DNA of 64,000 nt. Source: Caecitellus pseudoparvulus. Lineage: Eukaryota; Protista; Bigyra: Bicosoecida. Below the pieces are notes generated by a model, which made no database searches, had not been told where the DNA came from, and was given only the letters and a program-made list of their open reading frames with translations. The translations under genes were made by a program, and so were the position numbers. The stretch spans positions 744,001 to 808,000 of the forward strand of contig CBFFRQ010000031.1 in the NCBI GenBank assembly GCA_965644315.1. The letters run 5' to 3'. Shown here in pieces: positions 45,023-56,398 of this stretch. Numbering within the stretch: position 1 is the first letter of the stretch; each line of letters starts with the position of its first letter.

Positions 45023-48000
45023 TCAGTCCAGGAACCTGTCATCGATGAGAGTCTTGCGGGAAATGTTGGCTTGACCCCACTGTGTTCGCAGTTGGTCTAG
45101 TGCGTAGCCGAAGATGAGCGTCGTCAGGGCCGCTGCGGGCGGGGACTGTGTGTAGAAGTCCACGACTGAGTACATGAGGAAGTCCCACAGCACCAAGTCC
45201 CACTCGACGCCCCTAAACATGACACTCTCCCACGTGCTGTTGATGTCATGGTACATGACCGCGACTCCCGTGATGCCGGACGCTGACATGCCTCCTGTTG
45301 TGGTAATGCCGTGGCTTTGCTGCACCTCCCGCATGTCGGGGGTGAAGCCTGCCAGCCGCTGCACGAGGTCTTTGGAGCGGAACACGTGCTTGATGCCACT
45401 GCTGCCTTCTTCCGTGATGAACGCCTTGAGGAATCCACTCAGAGTCTTGCCCGCGATTTCCAGCACTTTCGTCACAGCTACGTCCCGCTCATCCTTCAGA
45501 CTGGTCGCCCGCACTCCCAGGGCGTCCGCAGCAGCCTGCCCCTGCGCTGTCACAGCAGCCATGGAAGGCCCATCGCCAGGCGCTTGGTTGGCTGCGCGCT
45601 CATAGGCGGGCCTTCCCTTGGCAGCATCGACATCCAAGCCAGTGGTTTCTGATGCCCTGGACCGGGCGATGGAGCCGCCTGCTCCTGGGCGACCGCGGGC
45701 ACGCCTGGAGTTCGCGGCTGTCTCCAAGACCTGTGTGTTAAACTGCCGGTAAATGGCATCAAACTGCAGCCGCCATGATTGGGGCAGGTGCACTTCGAAC
45801 TGCTGTGCGTCAGGCGTTGGCGCCCCTGGCAGACCTCGGCCCACCAGCACGGACCCCGACTCGTCCTGCAGGTGGTCTGTCATCTGGGCCATGGTGCAGT
45901 CTGCGAACTCATACGGTGCGTCACAATGCAAGTAGAACCCCGCGTACTTGTGCGGCAGACAGATGATGGAAATCTTCGCCACGGTGCATAGGTCCAAGTA
46001 GCGCAGGGTTGGTGGCTCGGAGACGAACCTTTCCAGGATGCCCCACACGAGGATGTACTGAGAGATGGCGATGACGTACCACCAAAAGGCATTGTTGGCG
46101 AACTGCAAGGCAGGGTTAATGACGTCTGGGGACAGATCCAGAGTGCCTGGACGGGCGACGCCGACATACTTCACCCCTGCCGTCTCCATGATCACCACCA
46201 TCACCAGCAGGGTCAGCCACAGCCGGATGCGGCGGTCTGCTTGCAACTCGCTCCACTCATTTGCCATGAACAGCTTCCTCCACACTGACACTGGTGCGTA
46301 CTTGTGCCGCGTTCCGAAGCCCTCCACGTCTCCTCGCGGGGCCAGCTCCCCACCGCGTGCGCTGCCTCGCATGGTGCGTGCGCTGGGCTTGCGCTCCCGC
46401 CCTGCTCCCGGATGAGTTGGCTGCCTCGCAATTTTGCCGGCAGCCCCTGGGGCAGCATCTGCTATGTCATCGTACCCCTCCAGCAAGGCAGTGTTCATGA
46501 GGGGCCCCTTTCGCTTTTCCCAGTCGATGTAGAAGACGTCCACGCTGCACTGCTCAAGGAGAATATCACTGATGCGCAGAAGCTGCCCCACCCACACTAG
46601 CCAAATGAACGCTTCCAGCGTTGCATACCCGGGGTCTTTAAAGTCTGGCCGAAAGACAGGCATCAGCCGGAACGCCCCATCTTGCAGCTTAAAGAAGAGC
46701 AGCCAGTACGTCGTGGCCATCCACAGCACAATGAACGTCACGTGGGAAAAGGCCCCAGCCAGACTCAGAAAGCCCTTGAGTGCTACAGTGCCGAAGGTGT
46801 ACAACTCATCTGGCTGCAAGTTTCGAGTCCACCAGTTTCGGAAGCGCAAGATAGTGAGGAAGGCCGTGAACACTGTGCTGATCGCCAGAATAGCAGTGAC
46901 TGCATCCCAGTACGCGGCGTTGTCGGAGGAGTACACGGCGTGCAGAGACACGCTGTCTCGGGCATAGCCAGAGTCAGTCGCGAACAAGTTTGCCTGGCGC
47001 ACCTTGTACGTAATGCTCACAGCCGGTGGCGTGATTTTATCGGGGTCATCCGGCTGGGATTCGATGGATACGACGATGGTGCTGGCGTACCGCACGTAAG
47101 CGGGCGTGCTGCCAACTGCTGCCACGCCGGATTGCGCATCCACCAAAGTGAACCGCCGCACGAGCACATCATCAGATGTGGAACTCGTGTCTGGTTCCGT
47201 GTTGGGCGTGCCCCCGTTGCTGCGCAAGTTGGTGATGCGAACAGGGACAGGGTACAGCCTGTACGGCAGCGAAGCGGGGTCTCGCTCATCAGCATTTTCC
47301 GTCCCGGCAGTGTCAATGATGAACAGCTCGTAGAAGTGAAGCGGGAGACCTGTGAGCGACTGCAAGTCGCATGAAATGGTCTGTGACGCAGAGTACCCGA
47401 ATCGCAGCCACGATGGGCTGCCGGCCGTGACCACTTCGTCCGTGGCGATGCAAAACGAGAACTCCCCCGTCAAAGGCTGGATGGACTGGAGGTGCCCTGT
47501 GAGGTTGTACCTGGCCACGACGAGGTTCAGCGTCTCAATGGAGCCTTTTTCAGTGACTGAGCGGAAGGCGTAGTCTTGGGCGAGCGTGGTGGTTGTCAAG
47601 ACAGCGGAGGGTGAGGCTGAGTAGTACAGGAAAGGCAGAGTGGAAGCCCACCCTGCCCACCCATGCACAGCGCCTCCACGCGTGTTTGCGATGGACGTGA
47701 ACAAGCGACAGGCAGCCGTGCTGTCATCATACAGTTGCAGCACGCACAGGTGTGCCAGGGTGGCGCAGGCTGGGTTGTCACGCTCCCCAGCCCAAGCCCA
47801 GCACGTGACGGCCGCCCACTCGAACCAATGCCCATGCAGAATGGAGTCAGCGCCAGTTACCGTCTTCGTCGCCCCGCCCGGTTCCTGAACGTCATACCAC
47901 GTCAGCAGGCGTGCAGTGGTGGCAGTGCCAACGGCCGCGACGACCGTTGCGCGGGTCGCCGTCGGCAAGCAGAAGGTGGACCCCATGGAGGCGAGGCCAG

Positions 48001-48616
48001 CCAGGGTGAAGCTGCTCGGGCAGGCGCACGTTCCGTCGGCCTGCATGACCTGGCGAGGATCCGAGCAAGCCCTACACTCGTACGACGATGCTGGGAACGC
48101 TCCAGCACCGTTCGGGAATGCGAGGGTGCCGTTGGGGCAGGCAGCGCACACCTTCTGGGGCAGCGGAGCACCCGTGGCAGTCGTCTCCACCAGCACGTGG
48201 GAGCCGTCTGAGACTGCGCATGTACAATCGGTGCCCCCACTGTTCAGCAAAGCAGTTGTCCCATCACAAGGCATGCAGCGTGAGCCGTCCTGGGACGCCA
48301 CGGTTCCATTTGCGGAGCATGGGCTGCAGGTGGGAGCTGTGCACCCAGCAGCTGTGGCGGTGTCGCAGGGCTGCGGGCTCTCCAGGAATCCAGGCGCACA
48401 CCGGCACGACAGAGGGTTGCCCAGGGCATCCACATCAAGAGAGTTTACTTGCTTGTTGTTTACACCGTTCCCGCACTCCCCGCACTGCAGGGAAGGGGTG
48501 TCAAAGTAGGAGCCAGCGGCACACGTTGCGACGCTGAAGCTGTCGGACTGCCCGGACACGTGCACAGCAGCGAACGCGACTGCGAGGGCCAGCAGCAGGC
48601 AAACTTTCAGCTGCAT
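45023..48616 (-). CDS. TMEM67: Meckelin (MKS3), ciliary transition-zone receptor
   Basis: Signal peptide, Cys-rich ectodomain, LAHLCVLQLY, VDVFYIDWEK, VSVWRKLFMANEWSELQ, LDLCTVAKISI, NISRKTLIDDRFL. Confidence 0.93.
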   Translation of the reverse strand: MQLKVCLLLALAVAFAAVHVSGQSDSFSVATCAAGSYFDTPSLQCGECGNGVNNKQVNSLDVDALGNPLSCRCAPGFLESPQPCDTATAAGCTAPTCSPCSANGTVASQDGSRCMPCDGTTALLNSGGTDCTCAVSDGSHVLVETTATGAPLPQKVCAACPNGTLAFPNGAGAFPASSYECRACSDPRQVMQADGTCACPSSFTLAGLASMGSTFCLPTATRATVVAAVGTATTARLLTWYDVQEPGGATKTVTGADSILHGHWFEWAAVTCWAWAGERDNPACATLAHLCVLQLYDDSTAACRLFTSIANTRGGAVHGWAGWASTLPFLYYSASPSAVLTTTTLAQDYAFRSVTEKGSIETLNLVVARYNLTGHLQSIQPLTGEFSFCIATDEVVTAGSPSWLRFGYSASQTISCDLQSLTGLPLHFYELFIIDTAGTENADERDPASLPYRLYPVPVRITNLRSNGGTPNTEPDTSSTSDDVLVRRFTLVDAQSGVAAVGSTPAYVRYASTIVVSIESQPDDPDKITPPAVSITYKVRQANLFATDSGYARDSVSLHAVYSSDNAAYWDAVTAILAISTVFTAFLTILRFRNWWTRNLQPDELYTFGTVALKGFLSLAGAFSHVTFIVLWMATTYWLLFFKLQDGAFRLMPVFRPDFKDPGYATLEAFIWLVWVGQLLRISDILLEQCSVDVFYIDWEKRKGPLMNTALLEGYDDIADAAPGAAGKIARQPTHPGAGRERKPSARTMRGSARGGELAPRGDVEGFGTRHKYAPVSVWRKLFMANEWSELQADRRIRLWLTLLVMVVIMETAGVKYVGVARPGTLDLSPDVINPALQFANNAFWWYVIAISQYILVWGILERFVSEPPTLRYLDLCTVAKISIICLPHKYAGFYLHCDAPYEFADCTMAQMTDHLQDESGSVLVGRGLPGAPTPDAQQFEVHLPQSWRLQFDAIYRQFNTQVLETAANSRRARGRPGAGGSIARSRASETTGLDVDAAKGRPAYERAANQAPGDGPSMAAVTAQGQAAADALGVRATSLKDERDVAVTKVLEIAGKTLSGFLKAFITEEGSSGIKHVFRSKDLVQRLAGFTPDMREVQQSHGITTTGGMSASGITGVAVMYHDINSTWESVMFRGVEWDLVLWDFLMYSVVDFYTQSPPAAALTTLIFGYALDQLRTQWGQANISRKTLIDDRFLD

Positions 48617-48880
48617 TCTTGTGTAAACGGAGCGTCTCACTGTCGCGGCCAAACTGGCCTTTGTCTGCCTGCTGCAGCCGGCACGCCAGCGAGCCCGTTG
48701 GCGTTCGTAACGCCTCTGAAACGTTGGGGAGACACGCAAGACAGTGTCAAGCACGAGGCAAAAATGACGCAGAGGCGTGCACTGCGAGACTGAACGGCGC
48801 ATGTATTTTGTGAAAGGCTGGATGAATGTAGGTATCTAGTGCTCTCCAATTATCTCCTTTCTTGCAAACCAGCACTTCCA
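48617..48880. promoter_or_regulatory. Putative bidirectional promoter for TMEM67 and Tectonic
   Basis: 264 bp between the divergent ATGs, locally more AT-rich. Confidence 0.5.
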
Positions 48881-51071
48881 ATGAAACTGGGCGTTGTCCT
48901 GTCAGCGCTGTGCGGCGTCGCATGGCTGAACGCGGCCACATCTCAGAGCAGTGGGGTTCTCACCATTCCCAGTGACGCCGAAGTTTCAACTGGCTCACGC
49001 AGTATTCCACCAAGGGGCTGTACATGCCTGGATACACGTGACAGGTTCGTGTACCAGCGTTTCGCCACCGTTACGCCCTGCACCCACGAGGCTAGTTGCG
49101 TCCTACTCGCGCAGTCCATGTGTCAAGTACGAGTGCTCTTGCACATGCGACTTAACAGCGGGGCAGTGTGACACCAACTGCTGCTGTGACAGCGAGGTGA
49201 GCGTGCGCGGCAGGTTGCACGGCCCGTCGCGGCGGTATACACGGTGTGCCTTCCGACCTGCGCAGTGCACTGCAGACGAGGTGTCGGCATTCCGTGCTGC
49301 AGGGCAATGCCTGCCCGAAGGGCCCGCAAATGCGACCTTCTTGCAGTGTGAGGACCTGGACTCTGATGCCAGCCTGGCCCAGGTGAATCCGAAGTACCGC
49401 ATGGAGCTGCAGGAGCACAGCAGCCTGGATGCAGTCATGTGTGTCGCGGTGGTGAACAACCCGGTGGTGGGAAACTTCTTCACGGACCCCGTCCCCTCGG
49501 GCGACGCTGCCCTGGACCCCAGCACCTTTGACCGCTCTGACCTGGTGCTGGCAGGAGGGGCGTCGTTCGTCCCATCGTCCAGTGTGCCCACCGCGTCCAC
49601 AGCCAGTTCATACTCCGTGGGGGCCACCCTCACAGCGGCTCTGAACTCAAGCACTGGGACGCTGTCATCATACAATGGCAATGTGTTCGCCGTGTTGGGG
49701 AGCCCCGACTCTGGCTCCGCCTGCCCGCGGTACACCCCAGTTCGCTTCCGGGAGTCACTGGCTGGGGCTGCATGGGACGCCAACTCCATTCCACCTGCTG
49801 GCGGTGCAGTGTCATTGCCCCCCTCAGAGACGGTGCGCTGCACCTCCACAGGACCAGTGTCTTCCTCGCTGTGCTCTGCGCTGTCCCCGGCCTTGCTCGG
49901 TGACCGCCTGGTCATTGGGAGGGCGCCCAACGCAGTCCCCAGCGGTGGAGCTGCCGGCTACGTGTCCCCAGTCGTGACGAGAGTCTCCGTTCTAGATGCT
50001 TCCACGGGCACTGTTTCCGCTGGCACTGTAGGCCAAGCAGCTGTTGGGAGCAGTTTCAATGCCACCACTGGCGCTTGCACCAATGCGGCCGTGCAGGCCG
50101 CTCTTGAAGTCCAGTACTCCTCTGCAGGGCAGGTCACTGGAGCCACAGTGGAGTTGGTGCTGGCTGACCTGGTTCCCGCGTCAGCTTCAGCAGACTTTCC
50201 CTTCCAGGTGGCCAGGAGCGTGTCGTTCGCGGCGGACGCGGGAACGGCTGGCCAAGTGCAGCTCAGTGCCGGCGCTGGAAACTTGGTCTCTCGAAGACAA
50301 AGTGGGTCGCCTGGGTATGCACCCGGCGCCAACCTAATTGCAGGTGTCCAGTTGCAAGCAGGGGGTGCCATTCACGCAGACCAGACGGGACTGCTGCTGT
50401 ACGCCGCTGGAGCTGGAGGCACTTGCGTCACGGACGCCACACTGTCGTCTGCAGCCCTGGCTGTCGTGCGGGTCAACGAGGATATGGCTCTCTCATGCGG
50501 CTTGGCTTTGGACGCTGCCGGGCTGGCGGCGGCGTGCTCAGCGACTGAGCCCCCGGCAGCCGTGACTATGAACGCGACCCACGTGGGGGCACTGGGCAAC
50601 GCCGACCCCCTCGTGCCTGCCGAGTGGGTGCCGCTATCACGCACGCCGACCTCGCAAGCAACCACTTTTGATGCTGACTCCCAGACTTGCCAGAACGTGG
50701 TGACAGGTCTGCACCTGCAGTTCATGACTGCCTTCGTTGGCAAAGAGGGCAACGGCCAGCTGAAGGTGATCGCTGCCAGGGCATCCAACATCTTGGGAAG
50801 CTGGCAGTACTCCCGCACTGACGGGGGGAACCAGACATTCTCCGTCCAGAACGTTGTCAGCTGGGTGCACTTGCCCGACCAAGGGTTGCAAGAGTTGCTG
50901 CCGCCACCCCCCACCATCATTCCCTCCCTGCCCTCCGATTTCTTCTACCCGTTCAAGATTCCCCGCACAAACGACCTTGTGATTTCAGCAGCAGAGGGGT
51001 CTGCTGTGCACTTGGGTGTTCTAGTGCCAGTGTGTTTGGCTGTGTTGGGTGTCCGCCTGTTTGCGCTGTGA
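48881..51071 (+). CDS. TCTN: Tectonic-family transition-zone protein
   Basis: Signal peptide MKLGVVLSALC; signature CTCDLTAGQCDTNCCCDSE/C split by intron 49197-49265; SGSPGY..G, GNADP, LPSDFFYPF; hydrophobic C-terminal tail. Confidence 0.88.
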
Positions 51072-51441
51072 GAGAGGGCGGCATGGCCGGAGGACGACAA
51101 TCAGCTACGCCCAGCAAAACAGAGCATTCACAGTGCTGACGCATGCAACACACCGCTACACATGCTTAGCGGGAGCGACGCCCTTGCTCGACGGTGGCTG
51201 TGGCCGTTCGGCGCCAGAATTCATTGGGGCAAGCAGCGGCGGCAAGGAAAGGGCCACCATTGCGTGTGCTCCACGCCGGGCAGGGAGATCTGCTCCAAGC
51301 AAGCTCCACAACCACACCCGCTGAAAAACATCACGGATCACCCCCTTTCCACCCCTTTGCTATTTCACCACGTGCGGGTGGTCTACTGACCTCGTTTCCT
51401 CTGAGCAGCGTTGTGCGGAACTTGACCACGCCAAACCAGAC

Positions 51442-53970
51442 ATGGCTCGCGGACTGGGCACGTGGAGCACTCCCCTGGCATTCTCCTTGGCAGTCGCCAT
51501 CACATCCTTGCTCTGGATGAATCGCTTTGCAGCTTTTGCATGGGTTTACCGGCAGGTTCAGTGGCCTGTTGCGTCTTTCATCTTCGTTGCCCCGCTGTCT
51601 GGAGCTGCTCTGGAGGATGTGAATGTCTTGAGTGGCGTCATCCTGTCGGTGTTGATTTCCACGACGATGATTTGGCTTGCAGTCAGGCGAGAAGAACTCT
51701 GGCAGGCGTTGGAGCACTTCTTGTACTATAAGTGGCAGCGCCTGGTCTTTCGCCACCTTGCCCTGTCCATGCTGCAGTCGCACGTCATGGTTCTCTTCGC
51801 CAAGACTGGCACGATGCTGTGTGCGAGCGCATTCATCCCACCAGATCCTCACAGTGGCAGCCAAGAAGCAGTCGAAGCACAGGGTCTTCTTGATGCCCTC
51901 TTTCCGACGCTGCTGCAAGTGACAGCCTCCATGCTGTGGGTGGCAAGCAATACCCCGCTCCTAGTTGACTCCAGGGGGCGAAGGCGAGGAACAGTGCAGG
52001 GAATCTCCCGCTTCGCCTGGTTTTTTAGCCTGGGATTCCTTCGAACTGCGCCATGGTTGCGCTTAATGTCGTCCCCTGGCCTCTTCGTACACCTGGCCAC
52101 ATGGTTTCCGCTGCCTGTGCTGCTGCTGGGACTGGCAGCAGCCCTTCCAAGTCTCTTCCTCGGCGCCCACCTCATGGTCAAGGACAACGCCGCCTTCTCA
52201 TTCCTGTCCCTTCTGGCACTGAATTGTGGCAATGTCCTCGCCACTCTGTGGGCGGCACGGGCAGGCCGCCAGCTCGCCGTGGCGGTGGAAGGGCAAGCTC
52301 GCCTCCCAACCTGGGAAGCGCAGGATATCCCTGTGCTATCCCAAGCGTCCTTGCACCTAGCACTGATACTCGGTGCGTGTATTCTGGGGTACATCTACTT
52401 CAGTGCCTTTTACACCATGTTCCTCATGTCTCCCTTGCTGTCATGTGAGTGGGAGGGTTTGTCCCTGCGCCAGTTGCAGGTGTTGCGCGAGCCTCAGCTT
52501 GTGACTTCCCTTCGAAACTTCTATCGGAACTTCGGGCGGAAGACGGCGGAAGCTTTAGGGATCGTTTCAGGAGGAGCAGAGGCCAGCACGACTCCTGATG
52601 CCCCGCGCTCAAGGCTGGATGCAGCACGAGATGGGAGCTTGGTGCTGCACTTGCTCGAGCTCGCGCACGGGACCCGGCAGCTGTTCAAGGCAAAGCAGCA
52701 CATTTCACTGAAGGTTCACTGCGTTGGAACTGTGCAGAACTTCAGCTCACGACCAGTGCAAATTGCTGGCTTGCAGCTGCAGCTGTTCGTCCACCTGCGC
52801 AGGGCACGCCGCGGGCGAGGTGGCCACAGCACCGCCACTCGCTCCGTGGACTCTGCTTTTCAGACAGTGCCTGGATCGCCTGCAGCTGTGGGTGCGGCAC
52901 CCACCCTAGCAGATGATGTGCTCACTCTCCTGTCTCTCCCCTTTCGTGCAGTTCGAGCAGCTGGGGGAGCAGTGGCCTCTACTTGCGCAGGGCTGTTGCC
53001 GGCAGCGGCGCGGGAAGCCCTAGCAGATGCGTTTGTCTGGAACGCGGACCTCGATGAGAAGCAACTACGGCTCGCTGATGTGCGAGTTGAGCCCTTCTCC
53101 CTCCCCGCTGGAAGCCACTCAGTGCCCCTTACCCTCACCGTGTCATTCGCGGCACACAGTTTGCTGCGGCTGGTTCGGCAGGTGTCATCAGGCGGCGAGG
53201 GTGTGCATGCTGTGGAGCTGAGGATGATCCAGGCCTCCCCCATATCTGACTCATTGTCATACACGTTTCCTCTTGTCACAGTGTCGAACCGGACGGTCTG
53301 GTCGGCTGTGCAGAGTGCCGAGCGCAGCGTGGGCAACACCATGGCAGATGTGCAGCGCCTGGAGGAGATCCACACGACGCTGTGCAGGGAGGTTGGCAGG
53401 CTGCGGCAGAGTGAAGTGGACAGCGCCGCCCCCGAGGCAGCAGCCATCCTTCAGCAGCTGTCCAAGAGCATGGCAGGCGTGACTGCCAGCGCCCATCGAT
53501 ACCAAGCCGAGATGTCTGCCATTGCCCATGGGGCGTACGGCGGCGTGCCTGTTGAGGCTGAGGACGCCATGGAGTCGATGAAGGACCACTTGCTGGCGTG
53601 TGCAGTGAGTCTGGCCCAGTTGAAATTGTGCCAGGACACAGTCGACGAAGCAAGTTCTGGGACGCCGGGCGCCCGGCCGTTTCACGTTGCGTTGCTGCAG
53701 TTCGCACAGTGCTTGCTGGAGGTCTTCCCGGCTGCAGTGCTTCGAAGCTTACCTTCATCACGCTCTTCAGGCAAGCACGAGCGGGCCCTTTTCTCCCTCG
53801 GGAGCAGCATGTTGCTGGCAGTGCTGCAAGGTGTGGCCTTCCCGGAGCATGTCGCGCAGATGGTGGATCACAACTTGGCTGGCTCAGCAGATGCCACTTC
53901 ATCCGCCGCCGAGGAGGCACCCACACCAGCGACGCCCATGGGTGCATCAGAGGGTAACCCTTCACAGTAA
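51442..53970 (+). CDS. Hypothetical membrane protein (multi-TM N-terminal half, soluble helical C-terminal half)
   Basis: 842-aa ORF with several hydrophobic segments in the first ~330 aa. Confidence 0.6.
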   Translation: MARGLGTWSTPLAFSLAVAITSLLWMNRFAAFAWVYRQVQWPVASFIFVAPLSGAALEDVNVLSGVILSVLISTTMIWLAVRREELWQALEHFLYYKWQRLVFRHLALSMLQSHVMVLFAKTGTMLCASAFIPPDPHSGSQEAVEAQGLLDALFPTLLQVTASMLWVASNTPLLVDSRGRRRGTVQGISRFAWFFSLGFLRTAPWLRLMSSPGLFVHLATWFPLPVLLLGLAAALPSLFLGAHLMVKDNAAFSFLSLLALNCGNVLATLWAARAGRQLAVAVEGQARLPTWEAQDIPVLSQASLHLALILGACILGYIYFSAFYTMFLMSPLLSCEWEGLSLRQLQVLREPQLVTSLRNFYRNFGRKTAEALGIVSGGAEASTTPDAPRSRLDAARDGSLVLHLLELAHGTRQLFKAKQHISLKVHCVGTVQNFSSRPVQIAGLQLQLFVHLRRARRGRGGHSTATRSVDSAFQTVPGSPAAVGAAPTLADDVLTLLSLPFRAVRAAGGAVASTCAGLLPAAAREALADAFVWNADLDEKQLRLADVRVEPFSLPAGSHSVPLTLTVSFAAHSLLRLVRQVSSGGEGVHAVELRMIQASPISDSLSYTFPLVTVSNRTVWSAVQSAERSVGNTMADVQRLEEIHTTLCREVGRLRQSEVDSAAPEAAAILQQLSKSMAGVTASAHRYQAEMSAIAHGAYGGVPVEAEDAMESMKDHLLACAVSLAQLKLCQDTVDEASSGTPGARPFHVALLQFAQCLLEVFPAAVLRSLPSSRSSGKHERALFSLGSSMLLAVLQGVAFPEHVAQMVDHNLAGSADATSSAAEEAPTPATPMGASEGNPSQ

Positions 53971-54406
53971 GCTCAAGCGATGGGCGAAGGCACCTTGCGG
54001 CCCGCTACCCTTGCTCGAGGCAAGCTGGTCCACTGCGGGTGAACTGCCCACCACATCTGCGCAAAATCCAGACATCCACGCAATGCATACGGTGCCCCAC
54101 CACAGCCGCAGGTTTGGCTGGGCCTTTCGAAACCATTTCGCAGGCAAGTTCGCCACCCCCTCCCAAGCCCTGCACCTGCGCCCCCAGGCGGGCCATGGCG
54201 TCTGCCGCGGCCGGGCCGTCTGCGCCAGCTGATCTCAGGCAGCTTCCGCGTGGCCTGGCCCGCAAGCTGCGCCGTAACCCGCACATTGGCGCAGTTCTCC
54301 ACGCCCCATCATCACCCAGCACACTCCAGAGTGTGGAGGATGATGTGGATGGGCCTGATCAACGCTACGCAGCAACGATTGGGGCAGTTGATCAGCGGAC
54401 TATCAC

Positions 54407-56362
54407 GTGGGTGGAGCATGGCAGCGTTTCGCCGCACCCCGCCTACCTCACCCTGGCTCTTGCCTGTGCAGCGGGAACCCCTTCATAGGATCAGTGGCCC
54501 ATGCTCACTCCAGCCAGTCAGAGAAAAGTGCACTGAGGTTCCTGCGCTTCGACGGCTCTTCACTGCAGAGCACCCCGACGCCCATGCTGGTGGCTCTGTC
54601 ACCCGTGCTAGAAGGTGGCCCATCCCCCCCAGCCCCAGTGCCAGCAATTGTGGTGAACATGCTGGCACCCGCGCCAGATGCCACAGTTGATAGTGAAATG
54701 GGCTCAGTTTCATGTGCTGAGGGGCTTGCCACCCCCAGGAAGGCTGGCGGACTGCCAGTGCGCTTGAGCGTGCTGGAGGCCGGCAACAGCCCCGCCTGCA
54801 CTCAACTGTTGCAGGGACAGGGCTACAATACCTTGCCCAGCAGGACCAGGTCTGCCTCTAGTTCCACATGCGCCAGCGTGTTGTCGGCGGACTCTGCCCC
54901 AGCAGCCCGGCTGGCCCACTCACCCTCGACGTCGGCCAGCTCCGAAGCAGTGTTGGAGCTGCAGGCCAGGTGGCGGAGGTTGGATGCAATGGGGCAAGGG
55001 GCACGCCCATTCTTGCTGAGCATGGTGGAATCCTCCCCGACGCCCCGCACGGAGGGCGGACACGGACCCCAGCTCCCTGGGCCAGTCGCCTCGCCGGTTG
55101 TGGGCGAGACGGCCGCAACGTCTCCACGAGCAGCGGCAGGGCCGAGTACAGCGCCAGCATCCGCAGAAGGCGGCGCTTCGTCCGAGGAGCTGTCCATTTT
55201 ACCACCAGACTCTATTCAGCTCACTTCTCTGGTGCCTGTGACCCCGTGGGCGGGCTTGCCTCCAGAAGGTCGAGCTCGCGCAGGCACAGACGACAGCGAC
55301 CTGTTGCAAGTGTCCACTCCAGAGGTGGGAGCAGATAGCACTCGCTCTGTGGTCACCATGCCCCGTACTGGGTGTGTGAAAGTGGACGTCACAGCTCCAG
55401 TGCTGGACACTGGCGTGCTCTGTTTCTGCACAGGGCAGCTTGAAGCCAAGTACAGCGTTGGGAAAGGCGTCGGCGATGGTGGCTATGCCGTGGTGAAGAT
55501 GGCCATCCACCGAGAGCTTGGGACGCAGCATGCAGTGAAGTTTATCAGGAAGCGTCTCCTCTTCACAGAGGAGGAGCGCGCCAGCGTGAAGCGAGAGGTG
55601 GACATTCACGTCGGCCTGCGCCACGAGAATGTCGTCCGACTGTCCGAAGCATACGAAGACGAGAAGCATGCTATGCTTGTGATGGAGTGGGTGCCAGGGG
55701 GGTCTTTGCAATCCTTGTTAAAGCGACGTGCCCGTAAGGTGGTGCCCGTGGACCAAGTGCGGGTTGTTGTGAAGCAAGTTGTGGCAGCCTTGAAGTACCT
55801 GCATTCCAAGCAAATCGTGCACGGAGACTTGAAGCCTGAGAACATCCTCATCGGTGTGCAGGAGTTTGCAGCACACACATCCATGGGGCAGTCCCGCGGT
55901 GCAGCTGCCTCCACGGGTGCAGGGGCAAAGTGGGCGTCGCTGGGGCCCATGACCAAGGTGAAGCTGTGCGACTTTGGGAACGCCCGCCGTAGCCGAGATG
56001 CGAGGTACTTCAAAACGACGGGAAGTGTGGGACTCGTGCCCTTCTCGGAAGTGCACGGTACCATGGGCTACATTGCCCCCGAGGTGCTCGGGCAGCAGCA
56101 CTACTCCCACCCTGTTGACATGTGGGCGCTGGGAGTGTTGACGTTCACCTTGCTGTCAGGGCAGCCCCCCTTCCGCCCGTACCACAACTGCCAAGTGAAG
56201 AATGCCGCCTTCGATGCAGCCGCTTGGCAAAGCATCCCTTCCTCCGCAGTGGACTTCTGTGCGCACTGTCTGCGTCGCCAGCCGAACAAGCGGCTGACAG
56301 CCAAGGCCGCGCTGCAACACCCGTGGATCGCCGGCGACCGAAAAGGAGCTGCACTGATTTGA
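54407..56362 (+). CDS. CAMK-group Ser/Thr kinase with long disordered N-terminus
   Basis: GDGGYAVV, HAVKFI, HGDLKPEN (non-RD), CDFG, GTMGYIAPE, DMWALGV, ALQHPWI; true start may lie in an upstream exon (~54195). Confidence 0.85.
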   Translation: MGGAWQRFAAPRLPHPGSCLCSGNPFIGSVAHAHSSQSEKSALRFLRFDGSSLQSTPTPMLVALSPVLEGGPSPPAPVPAIVVNMLAPAPDATVDSEMGSVSCAEGLATPRKAGGLPVRLSVLEAGNSPACTQLLQGQGYNTLPSRTRSASSSTCASVLSADSAPAARLAHSPSTSASSEAVLELQARWRRLDAMGQGARPFLLSMVESSPTPRTEGGHGPQLPGPVASPVVGETAATSPRAAAGPSTAPASAEGGASSEELSILPPDSIQLTSLVPVTPWAGLPPEGRARAGTDDSDLLQVSTPEVGADSTRSVVTMPRTGCVKVDVTAPVLDTGVLCFCTGQLEAKYSVGKGVGDGGYAVVKMAIHRELGTQHAVKFIRKRLLFTEEERASVKREVDIHVGLRHENVVRLSEAYEDEKHAMLVMEWVPGGSLQSLLKRRARKVVPVDQVRVVVKQVVAALKYLHSKQIVHGDLKPENILIGVQEFAAHTSMGQSRGAAASTGAGAKWASLGPMTKVKLCDFGNARRSRDARYFKTTGSVGLVPFSEVHGTMGYIAPEVLGQQHYSHPVDMWALGVLTFTLLSGQPPFRPYHNCQVKNAAFDAAAWQSIPSSAVDFCAHCLRRQPNKRLTAKAALQHPWIAGDRKGAALI

Positions 56363-56398
56363 CCAATGCATTCGTCTGCCATGTGGGTGGCGCCTGCG

